Positions 1 to 8,572 of a DNA stretch of 64,000 bases are shown one piece after another. The notes beneath the pieces are model-generated. The model saw only the letters and a list, made by a program, of their open reading frames with translations. It was not told the DNA's origin and made no database searches. Made by a program: the position numbers and the translations under genes. Origin of the DNA: a virus. Taxonomy: Duplodnaviria; Caudoviricetes. Location of the stretch: the IMG/VR virus record IMGVR_UViG_3300019889_000013, positions 508-64,507 of that record; one strand, 5' to 3'. Each line of letters opens with the position of its first letter. Positions within the stretch are counted from its first letter, which is position 1.

Positions 1-230
1 CCGTTGATGACGGCTATCGATTGCAGCGCCACCATCGGCGACATGCCAACCTCCAGCCCGTGCAGGATGGCGACGGTGCATTTCTCCGGGGTGTTCAATC
101 CGTAGGGTGCCATGCCCGCCACGACGACGGCATTGCCGATGCGCCAAGCGTCATCGAAGGATTGCGGGATGATGCCACGGATTTGGCCGCCGGTGACCAG
201 TGCTGGTAGCTTGGGTGATTCGTCGTTCAT
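1..230 (-). CDS. RecT-like single-strand annealing recombinase, N-terminal part (runs off left edge)
   Basis: Manual translation from ATG at 230: MNDESPKLPALVTGGQIRGIIPQSFDDAWRIGNAVVVAGMAPYGLNTPEKCTVAILHGLEVGMSPMVALQSIAVING, resembling phage RecT-like proteins; ATGA overlap with the upstream gene. Confidence 0.7.
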   Translation of the reverse strand, partial: MNDESPKLPALVTGGQIRGIIPQSFDDAWRIGNAVVVAGMAPYGLNTPEKCTVAILHGLEVGMSPMVALQSIAVIN

Positions 231-649
231 GTCACTTCCTCTGTTTTGAATTGCGGGTGCTTGGCGGTCATGTGCCGCGCCATGTTGGAAAAGGTTCGGT
301 GGCAGCAGGGACAGACACCTTGCGAGATGCGCGTCCTCACCTTGGTCAGGTGGCCCTTGGTCGCGGTCAGCGAGCGCTCGGCGCTGGTCTTCTGCGCGTG
401 CAGCAGGCTGATCTGGTCGTCCTTCTGGGCGAGGCGTTGCTTCAGGAGATCGCGTTCGCGCCGCAACTGGTCCTCTGGCGTGTCGATGTTGTAGTGCCAG
501 CCGTGACCGTTCGGGCAGTAGATCGCCCCGTTTTTCTTCGAGCGCCGCGCCGTGTCATAGAGCGCCCGTGGGAACATGTGCGCCACACCGCAGGTGGGGC
601 AATGGTCGAGGGCATAACTCGCTTCGTTGCATGTGAAAAAGTTGGTCAT
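227..649 (-). CDS. Zn-finger/coiled-coil hypothetical protein
   Basis: CPTC, CPNGH and CPCC...H motifs flanking a coiled coil; start moved to MTNFF. Confidence 0.75.
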   Translation of the reverse strand: MTNFFTCNEASYALDHCPTCGVAHMFPRALYDTARRSKKNGAIYCPNGHGWHYNIDTPEDQLRRERDLLKQRLAQKDDQISLLHAQKTSAERSLTATKGHLTKVRTRISQGVCPCCHRTFSNMARHMTAKHPQFKTEEVT

Positions 650-691
650 CACACTCGTCCTGTCACTTCCTCTGTTTTTAATTGCGGGTGC
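230..691. repeat. 31-bp direct repeat (230-260 and 661-691) flanking gene 227-649
   Basis: tgtcacttcctctgtttt(g/t)aattgcgggtgc, one mismatch. Confidence 0.9.
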
Positions 692-896
692 GGGCTGCAC
701 CCTTGTCGGTGATCTCCCAGTAGACGTCGTCGTCGACCGTGTCCTCCGGCCCGATCTCGCCGTCCAACGTGACCCGGCGAACCTCGCCCCGGGCATGCAG
801 GCGCTTGAGCGTGGTCAGCGCAGCCTTGAAATACTTGTCGGCCTCCGGGATCGGGCTCGTCAGCATGCGCAGCAGATATTTGCGTTCGAGGTTCAT
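678..896 (-). CDS. hypothetical protein
   Basis: MNLERKYLL... ORF in tightly packed operon. Confidence 0.7.
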   Translation of the reverse strand: MNLERKYLLRMLTSPIPEADKYFKAALTTLKRLHARGEVRRVTLDGEIGPEDTVDDDVYWEITDKGAARTRN

Positions 897-898
897 GA

Positions 899-1138
899 TC
901 ACTCGTCCTGTATGTCGGCTTGGCGCATCTTCTCCAAGACTTCGGCGTAGTCGATAATTGCCGCGCGTTCCTCCTTGGTGTGCTTGCCGTCGCATTGGTC
1001 CATGACGCGCATCCACATCCGTTCTTCGGTCCATTCCAGCAGCCTGCCGGTGTGCAAATCCTCGACGGCGTGGGTGGTGAAGAACTTCAGCGTATCGATC
1101 TGCTTGTCGGTCAGGGCAAGGACGGTTCGCTTGGTCAT
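899..1138 (-). CDS. hypothetical protein
   Basis: 79-aa ORF with AGGAG RBS, coupled to neighbours. Confidence 0.7.
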   Translation of the reverse strand: MTKRTVLALTDKQIDTLKFFTTHAVEDLHTGRLLEWTEERMWMRVMDQCDGKHTKEERAAIIDYAEVLEKMRQADIQDE

Positions 1139-1320
1139 GCCTGTTTCTCCTGTTCAGCCTTCCACTGCTTGGCGATGATGGTCATGGCCTCGTCGCGTAT
1201 CCAGTCGGCCCGGTCCCACTGTTCCAGCAGGCTCAAGCCCGGTTCTGACAGCCATGCCTTGTGCTTGGCGATCAGCCGCATGTATTCCTTCATCAGCGTG
1301 GTCTTCTGTTCATCGGACAA
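1135..1320 (-). CDS. small helical protein, paralog of nested ORF 56371-56565 (putative antitoxin/immunity protein)
   Basis: Likely TTG start at 1320 with GAGGA 8 nt upstream (ORF track starts at 1371); 23/47 ungapped identity to 56371-56565. Confidence 0.75.
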   Translation of the reverse strand: MSDEQKTTLMKEYMRLIAKHKAWLSEPGLSLLEQWDRADWIRDEAMTIIAKQWKAEQEKQA

Positions 1321-2242
1321 CGGCTTGTTCCTCGATTGTAAATCCGGTGACATCGACACCGTTGTCGACATCCCTCTGCGCCAGCTTGATCAACAGCGCG
1401 GTCATTTCCGCGTGCCCCGCATAGCGCATCAGCGCCGGGGTGCGGTCGTTGGCGAGGCCGGTCACCACCTTGCGCGTGCCGACGCTGGCGGCGCGACCGT
1501 AGCCGCCCCTGATCCCCTGCTTCGGCTGGATGTCTGGTTCCGGCTGGTCCGGCCCGGACATGTCCAGTTCCTTCGGGCGTTCGGCCTCGCGTTTCGCAGC
1601 CTCTTCGGCCTCTTTCTTGCGCCGATCCTGAAGCTTGACCGTCTCGAATCTTTCCATCGCCTTGCGCAGCTTGACGACCATGTCGTCGGCATTCTTGACC
1701 AGCGGCATCCACACCTTGTCGACCTTCTTGCCCGCTTCGAGGTGCGGTTTCTTTTCCGCTTCCCTGATCTTGTCGGCGCGGCCTTTCAGTTCGAGGGCGC
1801 GGCTGCGCAGGCTCTGCGCCTTGGCGGCTTGCTCGTCGCTCTCGATGGTTTCGTAGGCCTTGGCGGCTTGCTCCAGCAGATTGAGCAGCGCGCTGATCGC
1901 CTCCGCGTCTTCGGCGTCGCGGATGTTGTCGCCGAGAGTCTCGCGCACCATCTCGTCCATGTCATGCCAGACCCAGCCGTTATCGCAGGCGGTCTGCCAC
2001 TGCTCCTCCGTCACCGGCCGGTTGGCGCAGCGGGTCCAGACGTCCTCGTACTGCTCCAGCGCCACCATCTTGTCGCTGCCGATCATGATGTTGCAGACCA
2101 CGTCCTCGTACCAGATCGCCACCGGCTCACCCTTCTTGGTGCGGTAGTAACCCGGCTCCGGGGTGTTGGCGTCGATGGGTGGATTCTTGCCATCAAGCGC
2201 GGCGTACCAGTAGTCGTAGGTGTGTTCAGTCGTGTCTGTCAT
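1310..2242 (-). CDS. conserved phage protein of the recombination module (coiled coil)
   Basis: 310 aa, PGYYR...PVAIW N-terminus and EKKPHLEAGKKVD coiled-coil motif of a kind seen near phage SSAP genes. Confidence 0.75.
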   Translation of the reverse strand: MTDTTEHTYDYWYAALDGKNPPIDANTPEPGYYRTKKGEPVAIWYEDVVCNIMIGSDKMVALEQYEDVWTRCANRPVTEEQWQTACDNGWVWHDMDEMVRETLGDNIRDAEDAEAISALLNLLEQAAKAYETIESDEQAAKAQSLRSRALELKGRADKIREAEKKPHLEAGKKVDKVWMPLVKNADDMVVKLRKAMERFETVKLQDRRKKEAEEAAKREAERPKELDMSGPDQPEPDIQPKQGIRGGYGRAASVGTRKVVTGLANDRTPALMRYAGHAEMTALLIKLAQRDVDNGVDVTGFTIEEQAVVR

Positions 2243-2353
2243 CGCGTTTCCTTTTTTCGTTGCGTTCTTTCCAGCGGACGGCTGGGTCGTATCTGGACGG
2301 CAGCACGATCAGCACCGCGCACACCGCCAATAGAATCGGGCCAAGCCATTCCG

Positions 2354-2767
2354 TCATCGTGGATGCTCCGCTGGCCAGCCCAAGAGGTGACCGGCTTCGT
2401 GACGGATGAGCCGAACGGCGAGGTCGGGCCGAGTGGGGTCGTAGCTGTAGACGATGATCGGCCTGCCCATGTCCGCGTCGCGGATCAGGCAGCCGACGAG
2501 CACGTTCCAGAAGTCGTTGCCTTCCGGGTAAGGCGTCGCGTAGCGCTCGGAGTGGATGCGGTCGCACTCGGCTTTGGCTGTGCCGTAGGGCACACTGATC
2601 AGCGGTGCGCTGTCGTTGCCGAAGCGGTCGGAGTAGGCGACGAGGGCGTCAGCTTCTGTCACCCCTCCGATGTCATACTGCGGCGGTGGCAAGTCACTGT
2701 CGGCGGCGGCCGGGACGACCATCACTCCCAGTGATGCAGCCAGCGCCAGTGCCTGTTGCCATGTCAT
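2354..2767 (-). CDS. secreted protein with HExxH zinc-metallopeptidase-like motif
   Basis: Signal-peptide-like N-terminus; C-terminal LIRHEAGHLLGWPAEHP. Confidence 0.7.
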   Translation of the reverse strand: MTWQQALALAASLGVMVVPAAADSDLPPPQYDIGGVTEADALVAYSDRFGNDSAPLISVPYGTAKAECDRIHSERYATPYPEGNDFWNVLVGCLIRDADMGRPIIVYSYDPTRPDLAVRLIRHEAGHLLGWPAEHPR

Positions 2768-3171
2768 AGTGTGCCCTTGCCTTTCTCGACCAGCTTGTCC
2801 ATCAGCCGCCGTGCCTTCACGCCGGGTTCGTCCATGTCCGTAACGCCGTGCTTCGCCGCTTCGGCCCCGGACTTGAACACCGGCACGTCGGTCTTGTAGT
2901 CCCACGTTTCATCAGGAACATTGTCGGCGCGCAGGCGCAGGGCCAAGAGGTTCGGCGCACCGTGGGTGGCAACCCAGCCAGCGCACAGATGACCGTCGCG
3001 CTGGTGGCAACCGAACACCTGCGTCGCGCCATTGATCACCTGATCGATGATGTCGCCGTCGTATGCGATCAGCTTGGCATATTCGTGCTCGGCCCATACC
3101 CCGCTCGGCACGTCCTGCCGGTAAGGGCAGGAGGCACAGGGGCGGGCGGCACAGGTTAGTTTGTCAGGCAT
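2764..3171 (-). CDS. DUF6283-like Cys-rich protein
   Basis: PCASCPYRQDVPSGVW...EYAKL...FGCHQ...CAGW pattern. Confidence 0.7.
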   Translation of the reverse strand: MPDKLTCAARPCASCPYRQDVPSGVWAEHEYAKLIAYDGDIIDQVINGATQVFGCHQRDGHLCAGWVATHGAPNLLALRLRADNVPDETWDYKTDVPVFKSGAEAAKHGVTDMDEPGVKARRLMDKLVEKGKGTL

Positions 3172-3181
3172 GTTTTCTCCT

Positions 3182-4048
3182 TCATCCGAAAAACTTGTTG
3201 GCGCAGACCGGGCCGATCCCGGCGGCGACACTGGCGGCGTCCGTCAGTTCGCGGGCGCAGATGCAGCATGTGCCGGTCGACCGGCCGTACTTGATCGCGG
3301 CTTCCATCGGGTCGGCGGCGATCTCGCAGAGCAGCTTCAGCGTGTCGGGCTTGGCTTCGCGCCGCGCCTCGAACTTGCCGTTGACGATCTTGCCGACATA
3401 CTCGCCGCCCAGATCGCGGTCCATGACATAGAGCGCGCCAGCGTTTCGGCCGCCTGCCGGTGCCCGCTTGATCGTCAGGCGTTCCGTCCTAAAAATCGGC
3501 TTCATCAAGCCGTTGCCCGTGGCCGTGGCGAACAGGGCGTCAATCGCCTCGACCCCCACGCTGCCGGACTTGGCTGCGTTCTCGGCGTTTTTCTCGGCCT
3601 TCTTGGCTGCGAAGAACTCGGCGTCCTTGGCCATGTCCTTGCGGATGATTTCGATTGTCGTATCGAAGAGCGATCCGTGGGCATCGAGCCGGACCTTGAA
3701 GCCGTAGTAGTAGTTGCTGCCGCTCTCGACCCGCTTGTTGACGTAGGCGATCTCGGCGGCGTGATCCGCTTCCCACTTGGCCCGGTTGGCTTGCTTGGTG
3801 GCCTTGCCTTTAACGGCGGCGACCTGTCCCTTGGAGATGTTGCCCTTGCCGTTGCACTTGAAGCATTTGCCCCAGCGCGTCTGTCCAGAGCCACTGCACT
3901 TCGGGCACTTGAACACAGCGTCACCGCCGTTGACCATGTGGGCATTGCGGCGGATGTCTTCATTGGTGGAGGTGTTGACCGGGGCGTCGAAGCTGTCGTC
4001 GTGCAGGTCTTCGAAGCTGACTGGTTCCTTGGAGGCTGAATGGTTCAT
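3182..4048 (-). CDS. DUF6011-domain Zn-finger protein
   Basis: CPKCSGSG/CFKCNGKG zinc finger and C-terminal YGRSTGTCCICARELTD..S...GIGPVCA. Confidence 0.75.
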   Translation of the reverse strand: MNHSASKEPVSFEDLHDDSFDAPVNTSTNEDIRRNAHMVNGGDAVFKCPKCSGSGQTRWGKCFKCNGKGNISKGQVAAVKGKATKQANRAKWEADHAAEIAYVNKRVESGSNYYYGFKVRLDAHGSLFDTTIEIIRKDMAKDAEFFAAKKAEKNAENAAKSGSVGVEAIDALFATATGNGLMKPIFRTERLTIKRAPAGGRNAGALYVMDRDLGGEYVGKIVNGKFEARREAKPDTLKLLCEIAADPMEAAIKYGRSTGTCCICARELTDAASVAAGIGPVCANKFFG

Positions 4049-4086
4049 CGGGCTATCCCTTCCGTGAACGAAACACTTACGATCTG

Positions 4087-4129
4087 AATGTAAACTCCGG
4101 TTACAGGGGTGTCAACTCTGTACTACGAA
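4087..4129 (-). promoter_or_regulatory. sigma70-like early promoter with upstream TTCGTAGTACA motif
   Basis: Minus strand TTGACA-17nt-TACATT; motif at 4119-4129. Confidence 0.75.
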
Positions 4130-4938
4130 ATAATTTTGCGTGGCCATACCGTCTTGAGGGTCGGCGATGGCGATGGCGACGGCGGTGTCGGCGAGAATGC
4201 CGCCTGCACCTGCTGGACCCCCCTCCCCTGCACCGACTGCTGTTCAAGTTCGGGGATTGGGGCTGGTGTGGCCGGGGAATTACGATCAGACCCGGCTGGC
4301 GGCATCTGGTAACCGGCCCGTTCCTTTTCCTCGTAGGCGATCATCGAATCGGCGGCGGTGAAAGCATAGGCAGCCACCTTACCGGCCAGTTGCGCGGCGC
4401 TCACGTTGGATGCGGAGATGAATCCCATCATCGCCTGCGCGGCGTAGTATTGCCGGATGGTCAGGCCGGGAGTGGTGTACTTGGTGCCGGTGTGCGGGTA
4501 GGCGAAGTCGAAGCTGACCAACTGCCCTTCGATGTCCACCTCGTTCGTCTTGATGCCCAGCCGGAAGCCGGTGACCGGGATCACGGTATGCGCGGTCAGG
4601 ACGTCGAGGTTGATGCGCTGCGTCGCCAGATTGGTGCCGCCTGCCTGCCAAGTGACCGGATATTCGACGTAGACACCCCGGTCAATCGGGACGCCGGTGA
4701 TGAGAAAGCTTTGCCACTTGGCCGCGTCATCCTTGTCGCGCAGGCGCACCAGATGATCCTGCGTGATCGACGTCAGGAACGCGACCGCGTCCATGCTGTT
4801 GGCGGTGGCTTCGCTGACGAACATCAGGGTGGCGTTCTTCTGCGTGGCATTGTTCAACCGTATCTGCCCGGTTGCGGGCGGGGCGGTGATCGTGTTCTGG
4901 AAATTCCACTCGCCCAAGAATGCGGGAACATCAGCCAT
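4123..4938 (-). CDS. fusion protein: tail-fibre-like N-terminal module plus GxTxRxYxAAxAM domain
   Basis: PATGQIRLNNATQ...LFVS...LRDKDD N-terminus; GLTIRQYYAAQAMMG...AF.AAD.M C-terminal domain. Confidence 0.65.
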   Translation of the reverse strand: MADVPAFLGEWNFQNTITAPPATGQIRLNNATQKNATLMFVSEATANSMDAVAFLTSITQDHLVRLRDKDDAAKWQSFLITGVPIDRGVYVEYPVTWQAGGTNLATQRINLDVLTAHTVIPVTGFRLGIKTNEVDIEGQLVSFDFAYPHTGTKYTTPGLTIRQYYAAQAMMGFISASNVSAAQLAGKVAAYAFTAADSMIAYEEKERAGYQMPPAGSDRNSPATPAPIPELEQQSVQGRGVQQVQAAFSPTPPSPSPSPTLKTVWPRKIIS

Positions 4939-5116
4939 GTTCTGGCTCCTTCACATCGAGATAGACCGCCTCGACCCGGTTGAGGATCAGTCTCATCAGG
5001 TTCGCCAGATCGCGACGGTCGCCATCCTTGAGCGCGACAGCATCATACAGCCTCCCGTTGATATTGCGCAGGGTGGTCAGGTCGGCATCATCGATGTGGT
5101 TAAAGCGCCGTGGCAT
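4931..5116 (-). CDS. hypothetical protein
   Basis: MPRRFNHIDD..., operon packing. Confidence 0.6.
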   Translation of the reverse strand: MPRRFNHIDDADLTTLRNINGRLYDAVALKDGDRRDLANLMRLILNRVEAVYLDVKEPEHG

Positions 5117-5123
5117 GCTTCGG

Positions 5124-5270
5124 TCAGTTTCCTGTGCAGGTGGTGTAGCAATGGGTGATGCCGTCGCCGAGATGGTAACAGGTGGTGGTGCAATACGCGG
5201 CGTGGGCGACACTGGCAATGATGGCCGCCAGCACAAGGATGATCAGCAGGGCGAAGTACGGGTCTTTCAT
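5124..5270 (-). CDS. small secreted Cys-rich peptide
   Basis: Signal peptide followed by CTTTCYHLGDGITHCYTTC. Confidence 0.6.
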   Translation of the reverse strand: MKDPYFALLIILVLAAIIASVAHAAYCTTTCYHLGDGITHCYTTCTGN

Positions 5271-5271
5271 A

Positions 5272-5526
5272 TCAGTGCCCGCGCTTGTCGAAGTCAGCGA
5301 CCGCGTCGGCACCCTCGTCGGCCTTGAAGTAGTGGCCCCAGTATGTGCTCCCGTCCGTGACGTTCATCTGCCACGTCACCAGCGGCGTGACCGGGTTGTG
5401 CGGCAGGTAGCAGAGCACGACCTCCGCCGCCATCAGTCCGGGGCGGTCCTTCAGCGTGCGGCGCAGCTTGACCTCGCCGCCGCTCGCCGTCTTGCCCAGC
5501 GTGGGCATGTTCATCAGGTTGTCCAT
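5272..5526 (-). CDS. hypothetical protein
   Basis: First gene behind the promoter at 5550-5578; VTW...TYWGHYF motif. Confidence 0.7.
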   Translation of the reverse strand: MDNLMNMPTLGKTASGGEVKLRRTLKDRPGLMAAEVVLCYLPHNPVTPLVTWQMNVTDGSTYWGHYFKADEGADAVADFDKRGH

Positions 5527-5549
5527 GTGATTTGTCTCCCTTCGTTTCT

Positions 5550-5578
5550 AATGTAATTACTGTACTACGAAATTGCAA
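5550..5578 (-). promoter_or_regulatory. sigma70-like promoter with TTCGTAGTACA motif in the spacer
   Basis: TTGCAA-17nt-TACATT; motif at 5561-5571. Confidence 0.75.
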
Positions 5579-5597
5579 TAGGGTGTGCCACGAATTA

Positions 5598-5912
5598 TCA
5601 GTCCATCCGCGCGACTTCGAACGCGCCGTCCGGTTGCACAATCGCAACGAGGCTGTGCTGGTAGAAGTACAAGCGCTCGTCGCGCAGGGTGGTCATGGCG
5701 AACGGAATGAGCGTCGGGTCGCCGGGGAACTTGATCGTGCCGGTCGCCGGGTTCAGCTTGAACTTTGCAATCGGATGCCAGCCGCCGCCGTGGACGTAGT
5801 GGCTGTCCAGTTGCTCGCGGGCGGATCGCGGGTCGGTGTCGTTGAGGAAGCCGGGAAGGTAGCCCAAGTGCTCGAAGCTGAAGCGCGAGTCGAGGCCGAT
5901 GTAGACCATCAT
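5598..5912 (-). CDS. conserved phage hypothetical protein
   Basis: LGYLPGFL..DPRSAREQLD..Y.HGGGW...PGDP...FEVARMD. Confidence 0.75.
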   Translation of the reverse strand: MMVYIGLDSRFSFEHLGYLPGFLNDTDPRSAREQLDSHYVHGGGWHPIAKFKLNPATGTIKFPGDPTLIPFAMTTLRDERLYFYQHSLVAIVQPDGAFEVARMD

Positions 5913-6358
5913 GATGTTTCCTCCAGTGTCCAGTAGCCGTAGACGCAGCGGGTGCCGTCGCGGGATGGGTCGTGCGTGTCGTGGACGATGCCGTCGATCA
6001 TCGCGGTGTAGTGCCTGCTGACCACGACGACGAGGCGGCCTGACGGCAGTTCGGCAGCGTTGAGATGCACGGTGGTGCCAGCGCCGATCTGCATCGTGGG
6101 CACCCAGCGGAAGCCGATTGATGCCATGTAGTCCTTGAACCATTTGCGCTTGGTGTGGACGCCGTCGCGGGCCGACGAGGCCTTGACCCGGCTGCGCTTG
6201 GTGGCGCGCTTGTTGCGCTCGCCTTCGGACAGGGCGTCGTAGACTTCCCTGTAGGGTCGCCGGGTGGCTATCGCTATCGACCGGGTGACACAGTCACCGG
6301 CGTGGCCCTTGTAGCCAGCTTCGGTGCGACCGCCGTCGTCGTGAACCAGAACAATCAT
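5909..6358 (-). CDS. conserved phage protein, possible papain-like Cys-His-Asp fold
   Basis: GDCVTRSIAIA...HYTAMIDG..HDTHD. Confidence 0.7.
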   Translation of the reverse strand: MIVLVHDDGGRTEAGYKGHAGDCVTRSIAIATRRPYREVYDALSEGERNKRATKRSRVKASSARDGVHTKRKWFKDYMASIGFRWVPTMQIGAGTTVHLNAAELPSGRLVVVVSRHYTAMIDGIVHDTHDPSRDGTRCVYGYWTLEETS

Positions 6359-6594
6359 AGCTTTGCCTCGATCACCAGAACGTAGTTGCACTTGTCGATG
6401 ACGGTGTAGTGGTTGCACTCCTCGCACTTCCCGGCGCGGTGGAAGGAGTTCTTCTCCTCCATCGTCTGGCGCGTGTGGCAGTGGCGGCATGTCCATTTCT
6501 GGTGGACGTAGCCTTGGCCGTTGATCGACGCGAGCCGTTCGTTAACCTGCTTGACCACGTCCTCCAGCGGGTAGTCGCGGTGGGTGTCCTTCAT
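6355..6594 (-). CDS. Zn-ribbon protein
   Basis: QKWTCRHC...CEEC. Confidence 0.7.
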   Translation of the reverse strand: MKDTHRDYPLEDVVKQVNERLASINGQGYVHQKWTCRHCHTRQTMEEKNSFHRAGKCEECNHYTVIDKCNYVLVIEAKL

Positions 6595-6785
6595 CGCACT
6601 CCCTCCAGCGCCTTGATGCCATCGGTTGTCATCCTCCAGTCGTCGCCCGTCTTCTCGATCAGGCCCTTGGCCATGAGGTTGCGGACGGTGGCGGCACGCG
6701 GGCGAACCCACGTCTTGAATAGCAGTCCCTGCCGGGTGCATTCCAGCAGCGAGCGCTCGTAGTTGCTGAGTGGTTTGGCCTTCAT
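6591..6785 (-). CDS. small winged-helix-like protein
   Basis: ATVRNLMAKGLIE...WRMTTDGIKAL. Confidence 0.6.
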   Translation of the reverse strand: MKAKPLSNYERSLLECTRQGLLFKTWVRPRAATVRNLMAKGLIEKTGDDWRMTTDGIKALEGVR

Positions 6786-6976
6786 GCTATCTTCTCCTTG
6801 CGGCTCTCGATCACGGCGCGTGCCAAGCCATCGACGGCGCGCTCGATGCGGTCGTCATTGGCCAGTCGAAGCTCCAGCCGGTCAGCCAGTTCGTACATGT
6901 GCTTGCCGTCAAACACGGTGTCGACAAACTCGCGCTCCTTGTCCGTCAACTGGTCGTAGTGGTGGTGGATTTTCAT
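6782..6976 (-). CDS. hypothetical protein
   Basis: MKIHHHYDQL..., GGAG RBS, ATGA coupling. Confidence 0.65.
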   Translation of the reverse strand: MKIHHHYDQLTDKEREFVDTVFDGKHMYELADRLELRLANDDRIERAVDGLARAVIESRKEKIA

Positions 6977-7124
6977 GGCTTCTCCTTGAAGTGTTCCGCG
7001 ACGCGCTCTGCGCTTTCGGCAAGCTTCAGCCATTCGCGGCGCGTCTTGCTGTTCCACGGTGCCAGACGGGCGTAGCGCCGATAGAGACCGGCGCTGTTCA
7101 GTTGGGCTTGGGTGATCGTGAGGA

Positions 7125-7352
7125 TCATGCGGGCACCGTGAAGGAGACGACACCGTTCTCGTCGTTGACGACGTGTGGCACCTTGCCGGACAGGAGCGCG
7201 TCGGCGTGGTCGTCGGGCAGGTTGTAGCCCTCAACGAACACCTTGCGGATGGCCTTGCGATCCTTGGGGAAGCGGTAGCCGTTGACACCCCAGCGGACCA
7301 TGCCGGGTGTGAACACCAGCGGGCTGGACGTGAGGTTGTAGGTCTTGCTCAT
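7125..7352 (-). CDS. hypothetical protein
   Basis: 75-aa ORF with AAAGGA RBS. Confidence 0.7.
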   Translation of the reverse strand: MSKTYNLTSSPLVFTPGMVRWGVNGYRFPKDRKAIRKVFVEGYNLPDDHADALLSGKVPHVVNDENGVVSFTVPA

Positions 7353-7370
7353 GGATGTTTCCTTTCGAGG

Positions 7371-7655
7371 TTAAGGCAGGCAGACTTCGAACATGCCCAG
7401 CTTCTCGGGCATGCCGTACTTCTCATCGATCTGGACAATGGAACCGGGGCCGCAGTAGCCAAAGTCGTAGCCGCGCGCCAACTGGATTTGGGCGTTGTGC
7501 TTGGCGGCGGCGGCGCAGGCTTCGGCCGCTTCGCGGTCCTTGTAGTAGTTCCAGCTTACCTTCATGCCGCTGCGACGGTCGTCGGGCTCCGGGTACTGGT
7601 GCCAGATTTCCCAAGGCTGCTTGGCTGGTTCTGGTTTCTTTGTTCTCTTGGCCAT
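7371..7655 (-). CDS. hypothetical protein
   Basis: MAKRTKK...GYDFGYCGPG. Confidence 0.7.
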   Translation of the reverse strand: MAKRTKKPEPAKQPWEIWHQYPEPDDRRSGMKVSWNYYKDREAAEACAAAAKHNAQIQLARGYDFGYCGPGSIVQIDEKYGMPEKLGMFEVCLP

Positions 7656-7656
7656 T

Positions 7657-7779
7657 TCAGTGGGCTCCCGTGAGGGTGATGACGAAGGTGTCGGCATCGG
7701 CGTTGAAGCCAAGGCCACGCTCGACCAGCGTGGTGATGGCGATCATGAAGCTTTGGTAACTGTGGCATGTGATTGTCAT
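7657..7779 (-). CDS. 40-aa hypothetical protein (below ORF-track cutoff)
   Basis: MTITCHSYQSFMIAITTLVERGLGFNADADTFVITLTGAH, AAGGAG RBS, first gene after a promoter. Confidence 0.65.
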   Translation of the reverse strand: MTITCHSYQSFMIAITTLVERGLGFNADADTFVITLTGAH

Positions 7780-7802
7780 GGGTGATTCTCCTTACAACTA
7801 GG

Positions 7803-7848
7803 AGTGTACTACGAAACTAAAATAGCTGTCAAGCGGTCGTACTACAAA
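7803..7848 (-). promoter_or_regulatory. sigma70-like promoter with two motif copies
   Basis: TTGACA-18nt-TACACT; motifs at 7805-7815 and 7838-7848. Confidence 0.7.
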
Positions 7849-7849
7849 A

Positions 7850-8038
7850 TTATTCAGGCGGCATTGTCTCCTTGGACATCTGGTCGAGGCGGATCGCGGT
7901 GATCAGGCAGAGAACGTTCTCGATCTTGCGGCTGTTGGCCGGGGCCTTGTCCAGTTCCTCGACAAGCCGGGTGGCGATCTTGAGATCGCCCTCCTTCTGG
8001 ATCATCTCGAACCATTCCGGGATTTGACGGACGGTCAT
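7850..8038 (-). CDS. hypothetical protein
   Basis: MTVRQIPEW..., operon packing. Confidence 0.6.
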   Translation of the reverse strand: MTVRQIPEWFEMIQKEGDLKIATRLVEELDKAPANSRKIENVLCLITAIRLDQMSKETMPPE

Positions 8039-8220
8039 GCGCGTTCCTTTCGGCGGATCAGGGCGAGCGTGTCGGCGTTGCGCTTGTCGATCACGCATTG
8101 CGGGTGGGCGGTGAACATGGCGCGGTAGTCTTCCGGCTTGCCGCCGTACCGCTTCGCCCGTGATTCGGCGGATGGGACGAGGACGATCTCCTCGCCGCAG
8201 ATTTTGCACTTGCGGTTCAT
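8035..8220 (-). CDS. small Zn-binding hypothetical protein
   Basis: CKICGEEIVLVPSA...H..C. Confidence 0.65.
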   Translation of the reverse strand: MNRKCKICGEEIVLVPSAESRAKRYGGKPEDYRAMFTAHPQCVIDKRNADTLALIRRKERA

Positions 8221-8528
8221 GCCCGTGTTCTCCGCTCCACCAGTTCGCTTTCCCAGCGGCGCTGCTTGGCGTCCTGCTCTTCGGCCAGCGTGTTCAGCTT
8301 GACCTTGTCCTCGTCGCTGAAGCGCGCCCAGAACTGCTTGACGGAGTTGATGCCGACGACGTCGTGCGGGCCGATGTCTTCGATGTTCTCCATGTAGGCC
8401 TTGTCGTAGGCCGGGACGCAGTCCCAGAGCGGGTCGTAGAGTCCGGCGGCGGTCACCCCGTCCCAGCACTCCGCCACCTCGTCGGGGCGGATGTAGGTCA
8501 ATGCGGCGTGGGGCTTGATCTTGGTCAT
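8217..8528 (-). CDS. hypothetical protein
   Basis: MTKIKPH..., AAGGAG RBS. Confidence 0.65.
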   Translation of the reverse strand: MTKIKPHAALTYIRPDEVAECWDGVTAAGLYDPLWDCVPAYDKAYMENIEDIGPHDVVGINSVKQFWARFSDEDKVKLNTLAEEQDAKQRRWESELVERRTRA

Positions 8529-8572
8529 TGATGGTTCTCCTTCGGGTATCATTTTTAATTCAGGGGATTTTT

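Noticed and set aside
920-2734. 604-aa plus-strand ORF and other long antisense ORFs (e.g. 28902-30944, 34190-35326, 56964-58094)
   Set aside because: They are shadows of high-GC coding genes on the opposite strand, with no motifs or RBS; the opposite strand carries recognisable genes.
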